Origin: Nanobdellota archaeon
GTDB lineage: Archaea > Nanobdellota > Nanobdellia > Pacearchaeales > GW2011-AR1
Direction of reading: 5' to 3'
NCBI GenBank assembly: GCA_024654505.1
Contig: JANLHN010000003.1
Coordinates: 68,314-132,313, forward strand
Length of the DNA: 64,000 bases
In this document: one piece after another, positions 19,887 to 27,921 of the stretch
Numbering within the stretch: position 1 is the first letter of the stretch
How the letters are laid out: each line of letters opens with the position of its first letter
Notes under the pieces: generated by a model
Database searches by the model: none
What the model saw: the letters and a program-made list of their open reading frames with translations, nothing else
Told to the model about the DNA's origin: nothing
Translations under genes and position numbers: made by a program

Positions 19887-19948
19887 GAGAATCGAACTCG
19901 GGCTGTTCGGACCACAACCGAACGTTCTGCCACTAAACTACATCCACC
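19877..19948 (-). tRNA. tRNA-His (anticodon GUG) with encoded G-1
   Basis: Reverse complement folds as a cloverleaf. G-1 + GUGGAUG acceptor (one U-U mismatch), D-arm GUUU/AGUGGCA/GAAC. Anticodon stem UUCGG/CCGAA with loop UUGUGGU. T-arm CCGAG-UUCGAUU-CUCGG. Discriminator C pairing G-1. Confidence 0.75.
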
Positions 19949-20254
19949 ACAGCGTGCCCCACCGAATCTAAATAATAAATTTGGTAGAGTATTGTTAACA
20001 CTATTTAGTTGAAAATAAGATATAAAAAGATTGGGATTCGCTTTGGAGTTAATACTAGGTTGAACTACTTGTTCAGAAGTGCCGATAACTCCGTGTGCTT
20101 ATCATGTTTAAACTAATGATTGAGGGTTTTTAAAACTTCTGAATAGAAGTTTTAAACATGAAACATCTTCCTCTAGACCCACTCAGTAGATGTTACTTTT
20201 TAAGATTAACTAATCAATGAGAAGTTTTTAATACTTCTAAATTATAATCTCCTC

Positions 20255-20611
20255 ATGAAATGGAAGAGTTGGTTAGCAAGTATCTTGGGGGCGGTCGTAA
20301 TTTTGTTTTTATTCTTCTTTCTCTTTATAGGCTCTAATGTATATAGTCCTGATTTAGTTTATGTACTTTATTTTTTGATACCATTAATATTTATATTGAC
20401 ACTCCCTTTTATATTAGAAAAGACATATTTCAAAGAGTATAATGGACGAGGAATCATTATAGGTTCTATTATATCTTTTGTCATTTCTCTTATTTCCTAC
20501 TTTATTATTCCAGGAGAACTAGGTTTTGGAGGATTCGCTTTCTTTTTTATATGGGCAATAACTATTGTTATCTTCCTAATTGGGCTGATAATTTATTTTA
20601 TGAAGAAATAA
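20255..20611 (+). CDS. small integral membrane protein
   Basis: 118 aa, 4 predicted TM helices, followed by a GC hairpin plus T-tract. Confidence 0.4.
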   Translation: MKWKSWLASILGAVVILFLFFFLFIGSNVYSPDLVYVLYFLIPLIFILTLPFILEKTYFKEYNGRGIIIGSIISFVISLISYFIIPGELGFGGFAFFFIWAITIVIFLIGLIIYFMKK

Positions 20612-20721
20612 TTACTGGTTAAAATTAGTGATGGGGTCGTCAAACATTTTTCAAAAACGAAAACGCCCGCTCAAATGAGCTGGGCAGCTTTTCAAAATAA
20701 AAAAAGTTTTAGATTGAAGCT

Positions 20722-20892
20722 TTATTCTGAAGATTCAGTTTCTTCTTCAGGAGCTTCCTCAGTTGTTTCTTCCTCTACTTCAGCTTCTTCAGCTGGAGCT
20801 TCGGTTGTTTCTTCTTCCTCAGGAGCGTCTGTTGATTCTGCCTCAGCAGTCTCATCAGTCTCTTCTGTAGGAGTTACTGTTTCTTCTTCCAT
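20722..20892 (-). CDS. small highly acidic protein (Glu/Thr-rich), tentative
   Basis: 56-codon ORF MEEETVTPTEETDETAEAE..., below the ORF-track cutoff. Competes with a Ser-rich antisense ORF on the plus strand. Neither is verifiable. Confidence 0.25.
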   Translation of the reverse strand: MEEETVTPTEETDETAEAESTDAPEEEETTEAPAEEAEVEEETTEEAPEEETESSE

Positions 20893-20946
20893 AGATTGTG
20901 GACTAAAAAACCACTTATAAATGTGTGGGTTTTGCTACAAAGATTA

Positions 20947-21426
20947 TTAACACCCAATATAGAATAATTTGTGGGGAGTATAATCATAACATTCTCTTTC
21001 TTCGTAATCTCTTAAATAAGGAACATATCTATATTGGACTCTGTTTGGCTTTTCGTTAGAGTATCTCCATTCCCAATCATTGTCGTATCTTCTGTTGTCA
21101 TATCGGTCGTATCTATCGTCCCGGTTGTCATAACGATTCATATCCAGTCGAATTACCCTAACATCTTTGTAATCGTGATGCATTTCCCAATAGTCTTGGC
21201 TCTCTCGATAAGAATATCCATTTCTGTAGTAGTAGGTAGAATATCTGTCATCATTATCATAACTGACAGATATTGTTCTTGTTATAGCAGAATTTTCTTC
21301 CTTGTCGTAATAGGTTTTGGAAATCTTTTCTTTGTAATCATAAAATTGAGTTGCAGATACAAAACTAGCCAAAAACAAAAGTGCAAATAAAGAGACTAGT
21401 AATTTTCGATTCATTGATTGCCACAA
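20947..21426 (-). CDS. secreted Tyr/Asp/Arg-rich repetitive protein
   Basis: 159 aa. N-terminal signal peptide LLVSLFALLFLASFVSA, then RYDNRDDRYDRYDNRRYDND-type low-complexity repeats. Confidence 0.4.
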   Translation of the reverse strand: MWQSMNRKLLVSLFALLFLASFVSATQFYDYKEKISKTYYDKEENSAITRTISVSYDNDDRYSTYYYRNGYSYRESQDYWEMHHDYKDVRVIRLDMNRYDNRDDRYDRYDNRRYDNDWEWRYSNEKPNRVQYRYVPYLRDYEERECYDYTPHKLFYIGC

Positions 21427-21791
21427 GAATTTAGATGAAGAGATTCTCCATAGAATATCACCTGGTTTCCTGTTGCCGTCTTTTGTTGATAGTTATTATA
21501 CACCCAGCCATTGTTGCTACAACTGTCTAGAGTGATTTGTTGTTGTTCCATCATGTAAACGGTAATTGTAGGGTGTGGGGTTGGTTGATTGTATTGATTT
21601 ATTGGAGGTTGAGGTGCTTGTTCCTTTATGACGGTATGATATGTACCCATTGGTGTTCCCATTAAAACGGTTGGTTTGTAAACATCATTGTACATATTAT
21701 AATGTTGCACTCCACAGGTCAAATCGGCACTTACTAGACTGAATGAAAGGAGAGTGAATATTGTTGCTAAGAATAAAAATTTATTATTCAT
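21411..21791 (-). CDS. small secreted protein
   Basis: 126 aa. Signal peptide FLFLATIFTLLSFSLVSA. Gln/Pro-rich middle, 4 Cys. Confidence 0.4.
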   Translation of the reverse strand: MNNKFLFLATIFTLLSFSLVSADLTCGVQHYNMYNDVYKPTVLMGTPMGTYHTVIKEQAPQPPINQYNQPTPHPTITVYMMEQQQITLDSCSNNGWVYNNYQQKTATGNQVIFYGESLHLNSCGNQ

Positions 21792-21979
21792 ATTTAATTG
21801 AAGGTTTTTGGATATTTAAAGTATATTGTAATTGACTACAACATTCATTAGGCGCGTTCTCGCTTCGTTTGCTTTCGCACTTAATGATTAATGTGATTGG
21901 ATTAAACAAAGCTCCAAATAGCTTCAAATGAGATTGGAGCTTAAACAGGATTTAAATAGTATTTTTATTTAAGATAATC

Positions 21980-24202
21980 ATGGCAAAAGATTTTGATATA
22001 ATCGATATGGATGATGAGAAGACAGGAACATTCGCTGAGGCGTTGAAGAATGAAACCTCTAGAAAAATTCTGAATTATTTGAAAAAGAATAAATCTACTA
22101 TCACCGATATTGCCGATTCACTAAAGTTGCCTGTTTCAACAGTTCATTATAATATTCAAAAGTTGCAAAAAGCAGGTTTAGTAAAAGTTCATGATTTTCA
22201 CTGGAGTCCAAAAGGAAATAAAGTTTTTATATATACAATTTCTAATAAAGTAATGGTTTTCAGACCAGACAAGATGCCTTTCTTAGAGGTACATATGAAG
22301 GCAATATTGTCTATATTTTTGGTGGCAATAGCTTTAGTTGCAATAGTCGCTTACCCTTTTAATTCAAACGACGAACCAACAATGTTAAATAAGTTTAACA
22401 AATTTAGTTCTGAGAAGGAATTGCTTGATGCTCTTGAAAGTGCGAAGGATTCTGGAGGCTTTGGGGATATGGTCTTTGCTGCATTCGGTGGAGCAAAACT
22501 TGCTGTAATGGAAACTGCTGCGACAAGTAATGTTGGTGGTTCTTCAGGAGCTGATTATTCAGAAACGAATGTTCAGGTTGCAGGAGTTGATGAAGCAGAC
22601 ATCATCAAGACTGATGGAGAATACATTTATGCAATCTCTGATGGGAAATTAATAATCGCTAAAGCTTATCCAGAAAGTTCGGCAGAGATTCTTTTTGAAG
22701 GAAAAGTTGGGGATTTTTATGCTAATGAATTGTTTATTGGTGATGATAAGATATTAATCTTTGGAACAAAAGACTATCCTCAGGAAAATTATGGAAAAAT
22801 GGGAATTGCTGTTGGAGAAAGAATGCCCTATTATTATTCTCCTAGTGTGTCTGTAAGACTTTTTGATGTTTCAGATAGGGAAAATCCCGAACAAATCCGG
22901 TCTCTTGAATTTGAAGGGGGTTATATTACTTCTAGGATGATAGGCTCGGACGTTTATTTTGTTGTGAATTCATATCCCTCTTATGAAGATTGGGTTTGTG
23001 GAGATGTTGTTCCATTATATGCTGAAGCAAGAGGTGCAACTGAAATAAAATCTACAGACCTTGTGCCTATAGCTCCTTGCACAGATATTGGTTATATAGA
23101 CCATACCCCTACGCAAAACTTCCTTACATTAGCCTCAATTTCAATTGATGATGAAAATAAAGAAGTTGAGAAAGAAACAATTTTGGGATATGGGGAAAAT
23201 GTTTATGCATCTATAGATAATCTTTATATTGCTCAGACAAATTGGAACTTGGGTGACGAAAAACAAAAGACAGTTTTAACAAGATTCAGTTTAGATGATG
23301 GGAAAATTGAGTTTGAAGCGAATGGAGAGGTTCCAGGCCACATCTTAAATCAATTTTCTATGGATGAGTATGATAACTATTTTAGGATTGCTACAACCGT
23401 TGGAGAGGTTTGGAATTCTGAAGAAAAGTCAACAAATAATGTTTATGTATTAGACGAAGATTTGAAGATAACTGGAACTCTAGAAGGCCTGGCACCTGGA
23501 GAATCAATTTATTCAGTGAGGTTTATGGGAGACAGAGGATATGTTGTTACATTCAAGAAAGTTGACCCATTATTTGTAATTGATTTGGGGGACACTAGCA
23601 ATCCCATGGTCCTTGGAAAATTAAAAATTCCTGGTTATTCTGATTACTTGCATCCTTATGATGAAACACATCTTATTGGAATTGGAAAAGATGCTGTGGA
23701 TGCTGAAGAAGAATTGAGTGATGCTAGAAATTTGGATTTTGCATGGTATCAAGGTGTTAAAATGGCAATCTTTGATGTCAGCGATGTAGAAAATCCTATT
23801 GAAATGTATAAAGTTACAATCGGGGATAGAGGAACAGACTCTGAAGCTCTTCATAACCATAAAGCATTTTTGTTTGATAAAGAAAAGGAACTTTTAGTAT
23901 TACCAATAACTCTTGCCGAAATACAGGGAGAACAAAAAGAAGACAACCAATATGGAGATATAACATTTCAAGGTGCTTATGTTTATAATTTAAACCTGGA
24001 AGATGGGTTTGAGTTGAGAGGTAGAATAAGTCATCACGATTCAGAAAATGATTACCTAAAGTATGGTTACTATCCTGATTATAATTATAATATTCAAAGA
24101 AGCCTTTACATTGGAGACATCCTTTACACTCTATCAGGTAAAAGGTTACAATTGAATGATTTGGATAGCTTAGAAAAGTTGAAGATTTTGAACTTTATTT
24201 AA
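21980..24202 (+). CDS. membrane-anchored protein: N-terminal winged-HTH (ArsR-like) + TM helix + extracellular beta-propeller domain
   Basis: 740 aa. N-terminus ETSRKILNYLKKNKSTITDIADSLKLPVSTVHYNIQKLQKAGLV is HTH-like. TM helix at ~aa 105-125. The long C-terminal region matches the archaeal secreted beta-propeller family. Confidence 0.55.
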   Translation: MAKDFDIIDMDDEKTGTFAEALKNETSRKILNYLKKNKSTITDIADSLKLPVSTVHYNIQKLQKAGLVKVHDFHWSPKGNKVFIYTISNKVMVFRPDKMPFLEVHMKAILSIFLVAIALVAIVAYPFNSNDEPTMLNKFNKFSSEKELLDALESAKDSGGFGDMVFAAFGGAKLAVMETAATSNVGGSSGADYSETNVQVAGVDEADIIKTDGEYIYAISDGKLIIAKAYPESSAEILFEGKVGDFYANELFIGDDKILIFGTKDYPQENYGKMGIAVGERMPYYYSPSVSVRLFDVSDRENPEQIRSLEFEGGYITSRMIGSDVYFVVNSYPSYEDWVCGDVVPLYAEARGATEIKSTDLVPIAPCTDIGYIDHTPTQNFLTLASISIDDENKEVEKETILGYGENVYASIDNLYIAQTNWNLGDEKQKTVLTRFSLDDGKIEFEANGEVPGHILNQFSMDEYDNYFRIATTVGEVWNSEEKSTNNVYVLDEDLKITGTLEGLAPGESIYSVRFMGDRGYVVTFKKVDPLFVIDLGDTSNPMVLGKLKIPGYSDYLHPYDETHLIGIGKDAVDAEEELSDARNLDFAWYQGVKMAIFDVSDVENPIEMYKVTIGDRGTDSEALHNHKAFLFDKEKELLVLPITLAEIQGEQKEDNQYGDITFQGAYVYNLNLEDGFELRGRISHHDSENDYLKYGYYPDYNYNIQRSLYIGDILYTLSGKRLQLNDLDSLEKLKILNFI

Positions 24203-25196
24203 CGCTAAAAATAGCCTGAGCAATTTTCTCAACGAGTTCTGGTTGAATATAATGATGGAGGGTTACCTGATAGGAATCTTCCCAATTGCCAGATTTTTTA
24301 GAGAATTTTTTATGTCCTAGTTTTTCAGCAATTTTAATATAAAGTTTTTTAACCTCTTGTTTACTAGGGTGTTTATTCTTTTTGATAAATTTGTTGGCCT
24401 CTTCAGTTGCGTAATGAGAACGGACTATATGAGGGTAAAATTTTTTCCCACAATATCTTTCAAATGCTTTTTCAAATTCAGTGTCTTTTAGTGGATGACC
24501 AGAAAGATTGGTAAAGATAAAATCATTTTTACTTTTTGATTTAAGTATTTGTTTCAGTTGGTTAATTATTTCATTAGAAAAAGTTTCTGTTGTTTTTTGA
24601 GGAACGCCGTCTTTTGCAATATAATCGAATGTTACTTTGTTACCATAGACTTTGATGTTATTTTTCTTTAATGTAGTTAGACCTTTATGTTGGTTCTTAT
24701 TGTAATAAATTTCATTTCCAACACGCATTTTTGTTTTGAGGAGAATCAACATTGGAAGTGCGAGACTATCTTCTCTTAAGACATTCATAAGATTTTTCTT
24801 AAGGCGAGGAAGACATTTTGCGAATTCTGAGACTTTTTTATATTTCGATTCTTTAGAGAGTTTTCCTTTCTCTAAGGTATAAAGATAGGCGTAACTTCCA
24901 GAGGGATTTTTATAAATTACATCCCAATGAGAATGAGATTTCTCGTCGTGGATTTTTAAATCTGGTGAAAAAAGAGAGTAGTATTGATTTAATACCTGCC
25001 CATCTGGGAGAATATTAATTCTATTCTTTAGGAATTCTTTGTCTTTTGGATCTTGAATCAATTGGAGATTATTATGTTTTTTGAATAGTTCAATCACTTC
25101 AATTGCATTGGGAAATTCTGTTAAAGACTTTTTCCATGTTCCGTTAGAAAATTCTAATACAGAGAGATTTGGTTTGATTTTGTATGTTGTCACCAT
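24195..25196 (-). CDS. DNA topoisomerase IB (poxvirus/eukaryotic-like type)
   Basis: GNEIYYNKNQHKGLTTLKKNNIKVYGNKVTFDYIAKDGVPQ parallels vaccinia topo IB GNAKY...GLLTLKNKHIEI...FVGKDKV. C-terminal TLHHYIQPEL corresponds to the SKxxY catalytic-Tyr region. Start taken at the internal Met (25196). The upstream ORF extension covers the att repeats and is probably not coding. Confidence 0.6.
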   Translation of the reverse strand: MVTTYKIKPNLSVLEFSNGTWKKSLTEFPNAIEVIELFKKHNNLQLIQDPKDKEFLKNRINILPDGQVLNQYYSLFSPDLKIHDEKSHSHWDVIYKNPSGSYAYLYTLEKGKLSKESKYKKVSEFAKCLPRLKKNLMNVLREDSLALPMLILLKTKMRVGNEIYYNKNQHKGLTTLKKNNIKVYGNKVTFDYIAKDGVPQKTTETFSNEIINQLKQILKSKSKNDFIFTNLSGHPLKDTEFEKAFERYCGKKFYPHIVRSHYATEEANKFIKKNKHPSKQEVKKLYIKIAEKLGHKKFSKKSGNWEDSYQVTLHHYIQPELVEKIAQAIFSVK

Positions 25197-25230
25197 CTTT
25201 CTAAGATAAATACTTGCACCTTTATAAAAA

Positions 25231-25286
25231 TGCTCCCGCCTCGGCAATCGAAGATTGCACCCTCTGGTCGCTATGCTCCCGCCGAG
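25231..25286. repeat. putative attL: two partial direct copies of the tRNA-Glu 3' end (atgctcccgcc[g]) flanking a 15-nt hairpin
   Basis: 25231-25240 tgctcccgcc and 25274-25286 tgctcccgccgag match the 3' terminus of tRNA-Glu (36765-36777, tgctcccgccggg) over 11-12 nt. Hairpin gcaatcgaagattgc lies at 25244-25258. Confidence 0.5.
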
Positions 25287-25763
25287 TAAATCGCCAGCTT
25301 GGAATTTGCAGGGACGCAATTTTATTAAGATTCTAAGAGATCGCCTATTTTTAAAACTTGTCAATGCTGATTTATATTCTCCAATAGAGCATTTTCTATT
25401 ATTATAATTCAACACTTAATATAAACAGATAATGTTGTTTTAAAGAAAGACTTCTTCGCCAAAGCATGAATCAAAAATATCTCAGTAATACCTCAGAAAA
25501 AAATCTGAGATATCCCTTTAAGGAATTTAAAAATAAAAAAAGGCAATAAAAAATATGGAAAAAAGCAGAGTCACAATTACTAGGGGAATATTATGGGGAT
25601 CCACCCCTAGTAATCCTTTAATGTGCTTAAAATGGGGGCAGATTTAGCTTTAAAATGGAACCAGAAATAGTAAGCCAGCAAATAAGCAGAACATTGGAAG
25701 AGATGATTTCAAAATTAAAATTTATGATAGAAGAAATAGAATATCAAATCAAAGCAATTCACG

Positions 25764-25964
25764 ATGGCAAGGAAAAACACAAAGATTCACTTCGTAATTG
25801 AAACTTCAACTAAAGAGCTTTTGATAAGGGAAGCTCAAATGCAAGAAATTTCTTTAGCGGAGTTATGTAGGCAGAAACTAAAAAGAAATTCAAAATTAAT
25901 CAAAATTGAGATGATGTTAGAAGAATTAAATAAAAAACTTATAGAAAATGGCAAGATCCAATAA
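25764..25964 (+). CDS. ribbon-helix-helix (CopG/Arc-like) DNA-binding protein, probable
   Basis: 66 aa. N-terminal beta-strand then helix pattern KIHFVIETSTKELLIREAQMQEISLAELCRQKL. Immediately upstream of orc1/cdc6 on the island. Confidence 0.4.
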   Translation: MARKNTKIHFVIETSTKELLIREAQMQEISLAELCRQKLKRNSKLIKIEMMLEELNKKLIENGKIQ

Positions 25965-25976
25965 AGGCATAGATAA

Positions 25977-27164
25977 ATGCCCAGCTCCGATGGGATCTTT
26001 GAATTTAAAGGCGTTTGTGGGGCGATCCTGGGCTGTTTGTGCGGTTATTTTAGCCAAGGTGTTAGAATGATACTAAAAGATAAGGGTGTCTTTGACATTA
26101 ACCGCATTCCTTCGGTTATTCCTGTAAGAAATAATTTAATTGAAGAAATAGTAAATAAAATAAGATTAAGCGAGGTTTATCGGCTCTTCATTAGCGGAGT
26201 AACGGGGAACGGGAAAACAAGTTCTGTAAAAAGAGCTTTAGAAATTTTAGGTAATGAAATTATTCCAGTTTACATAAATTGCTCTGAAACAAATAGCTAT
26301 ACTTCAATTTCAAAACACATCCTTGAAATTGTAAGAGATAAGCCTTTTAGTGAAAAAGGAAAAAATAGAGATGAACTTGCTGATGAATTAAAAAGAATGC
26401 TTTTAACTAAAAGAACAAAGAAATTAGTTTTTGTTTTTGATGAAGTTGATAAACTAATAGAAAAGAAAGATAATCATGTGGATATATTCTCTCCGTTACT
26501 CAATTATGGGAAAGTTAGTTTTATTCTTATTTCAAATGATCCAAATATCTTTGGAAAAATGCAGGGAATGTTAAGAAGCAGGATGCAGTTAGAAGTTAAA
26601 ATGCTAAGTGCCTATCAGCCAGGCGATATTCTTGAAATATTAAAACAGAAAGCAGAAGAGGGTATGATTGAGGGAAGTTATGATATTGAAACCCTCGCAA
26701 CAATATCTAAGTTTAGCTCAGATATTTGGGGAGACATAAGAGTTGCAATAAAACTTTTAGAAAAAACAGCAGTTATTACAGAAATGCTTGGAAAAGATAA
26801 AATTTCAGAAGAAATTATTAAAGAAGCAATAAAGGACTTGCAGATGTCTGAAATAGATAAAGTATTTCCAACTCTTCCAAGGCATTTAAGATGGGTTGTT
26901 GTTGCTTTATGTTTAGAGTCAAGAAAAAATAATGGCTTTGCAGTCACATACCCAAACGCCTACGAAACCTATGGTTTACTTGCCCAAAAGGAGCGGTTTG
27001 GTAAGGTTGGAGATAGGCAATATAGAGCTTATTTAGATGATTTAGAAATGTTAAGGCTTTTTGATTTTCAATGGAAGCCTGCTGTTAATCGTCGTGGAAG
27101 GGTTAGAATAGCTATTCCCAAGTTTGATTTTGAAAGCTTTTTAGTTGGCATTTCTGCTGAATAA
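25977..27164 (+). CDS. Orc1/Cdc6-family AAA+ replication initiator (island-encoded)
   Basis: Walker A GVTGNGKTSSVK, Walker B LVFVFDEVDKL, sensor-1 ILISND, C-terminal winged helix. True start probably Met at 26067 (MILKDKGVFDINRIP...). Confidence 0.7.
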   Translation: MPSSDGIFEFKGVCGAILGCLCGYFSQGVRMILKDKGVFDINRIPSVIPVRNNLIEEIVNKIRLSEVYRLFISGVTGNGKTSSVKRALEILGNEIIPVYINCSETNSYTSISKHILEIVRDKPFSEKGKNRDELADELKRMLLTKRTKKLVFVFDEVDKLIEKKDNHVDIFSPLLNYGKVSFILISNDPNIFGKMQGMLRSRMQLEVKMLSAYQPGDILEILKQKAEEGMIEGSYDIETLATISKFSSDIWGDIRVAIKLLEKTAVITEMLGKDKISEEIIKEAIKDLQMSEIDKVFPTLPRHLRWVVVALCLESRKNNGFAVTYPNAYETYGLLAQKERFGKVGDRQYRAYLDDLEMLRLFDFQWKPAVNRRGRVRIAIPKFDFESFLVGISAE

Positions 27165-27318
27165 CGGAGATGAAGGGCACATGGGGGAGTGGGCTTCGCT
27201 TCCGTTAATACTCTTATACTCATATTAGAGCGAATAACGGAGTAATGGAATAAGATAATTAAGCTAAAAGAAAGATTTATAAACATATTATATTTCACCT
27301 AATAAGGTGAATTAAGCT

Positions 27319-27921
27319 ATGAATAAGATAGATACAATTTTAAGAGAAGCAAAGGGTAAAATCCTTACAAGAAAAGATTTTGATAGCTTGGCAACTAAGT
27401 ATAAATTTGATAAAGATACATTAAGAAAGGTCATGTTAAACAAAGGTTATCTAATAACTATTTTTAGAGGAGTTTATTATTTAAAAGATTACGAAGAAAA
27501 GAAATTAAATTCTTTAAAATATTCCCCTTATGAGTTATTAGCTCTCGGCTTGGAAAAGAAAGGAATTAAGTGGTATTTTGGTTTGAATACTGCCTTAAAG
27601 TTTCTTGGCTTAACTCATGAAGTTTTTCCAGTAAACATAGTAGTTAATGATAAGTTTAATAGAACAAAGCCAATGAAAATAGCTGGCTCTAGTTTCTTTT
27701 TTGTAAAATTAAAACCTTCTTTATTCTTTGATATAAAGAAAGAAAACACAGCAAATGATATATCTCTTTATTATAGCAATATAGAAAAAACTCTCTTAGA
27801 CTTGATTTACCTAAAGAAAGAGGTAGACCTAAAAGAATATAAATTTAATAAGTCGCTTTTTCTTAGGGAATCAAATAAATATAATAGAATAGTCAAAAAG
27901 AAAATAAAAGAGATGCTATAA
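27319..27921 (+). CDS. AbiEi-like antitoxin (type IV TA / abortive-infection partner), probable
   Basis: 200 aa, N-terminal wHTH-like region. Stop overlaps the start of the AbiEii-like gene (ATAATGG), the canonical AbiE operon layout. Confidence 0.5.
   Translation: MNKIDTILREAKGKILTRKDFDSLATKYKFDKDTLRKVMLNKGYLITIFRGVYYLKDYEEKKLNSLKYSPYELLALGLEKKGIKWYFGLNTALKFLGLTHEVFPVNIVVNDKFNRTKPMKIAGSSFFFVKLKPSLFFDIKKENTANDISLYYSNIEKTLLDLIYLKKEVDLKEYKFNKSLFLRESNKYNRIVKKKIKEML

Noticed and set aside
19628-20012. ORFs 19628..19933(-), 19732..19971(+), 19776..20012(+)
   Set aside because: They span tRNA-His and its repeated 3'-end fragments. Their protein sequences are repeat translations (LELKNR... repeated) and not genes.
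20675-20920. Plus-strand Ser-rich 81-aa ORF
   Set aside because: Low-complexity poly-Ser translation of the antisense of a Glu-rich reading frame. The minus-strand acidic ORF is somewhat more plausible, but neither is secure.
25197-25415. N-terminal 73-aa extension of the topo IB ORF
   Set aside because: This stretch contains the putative att repeats and hairpin and is GC-odd. The homology to topo IB begins at the internal Met, so the extension is likely non-coding.
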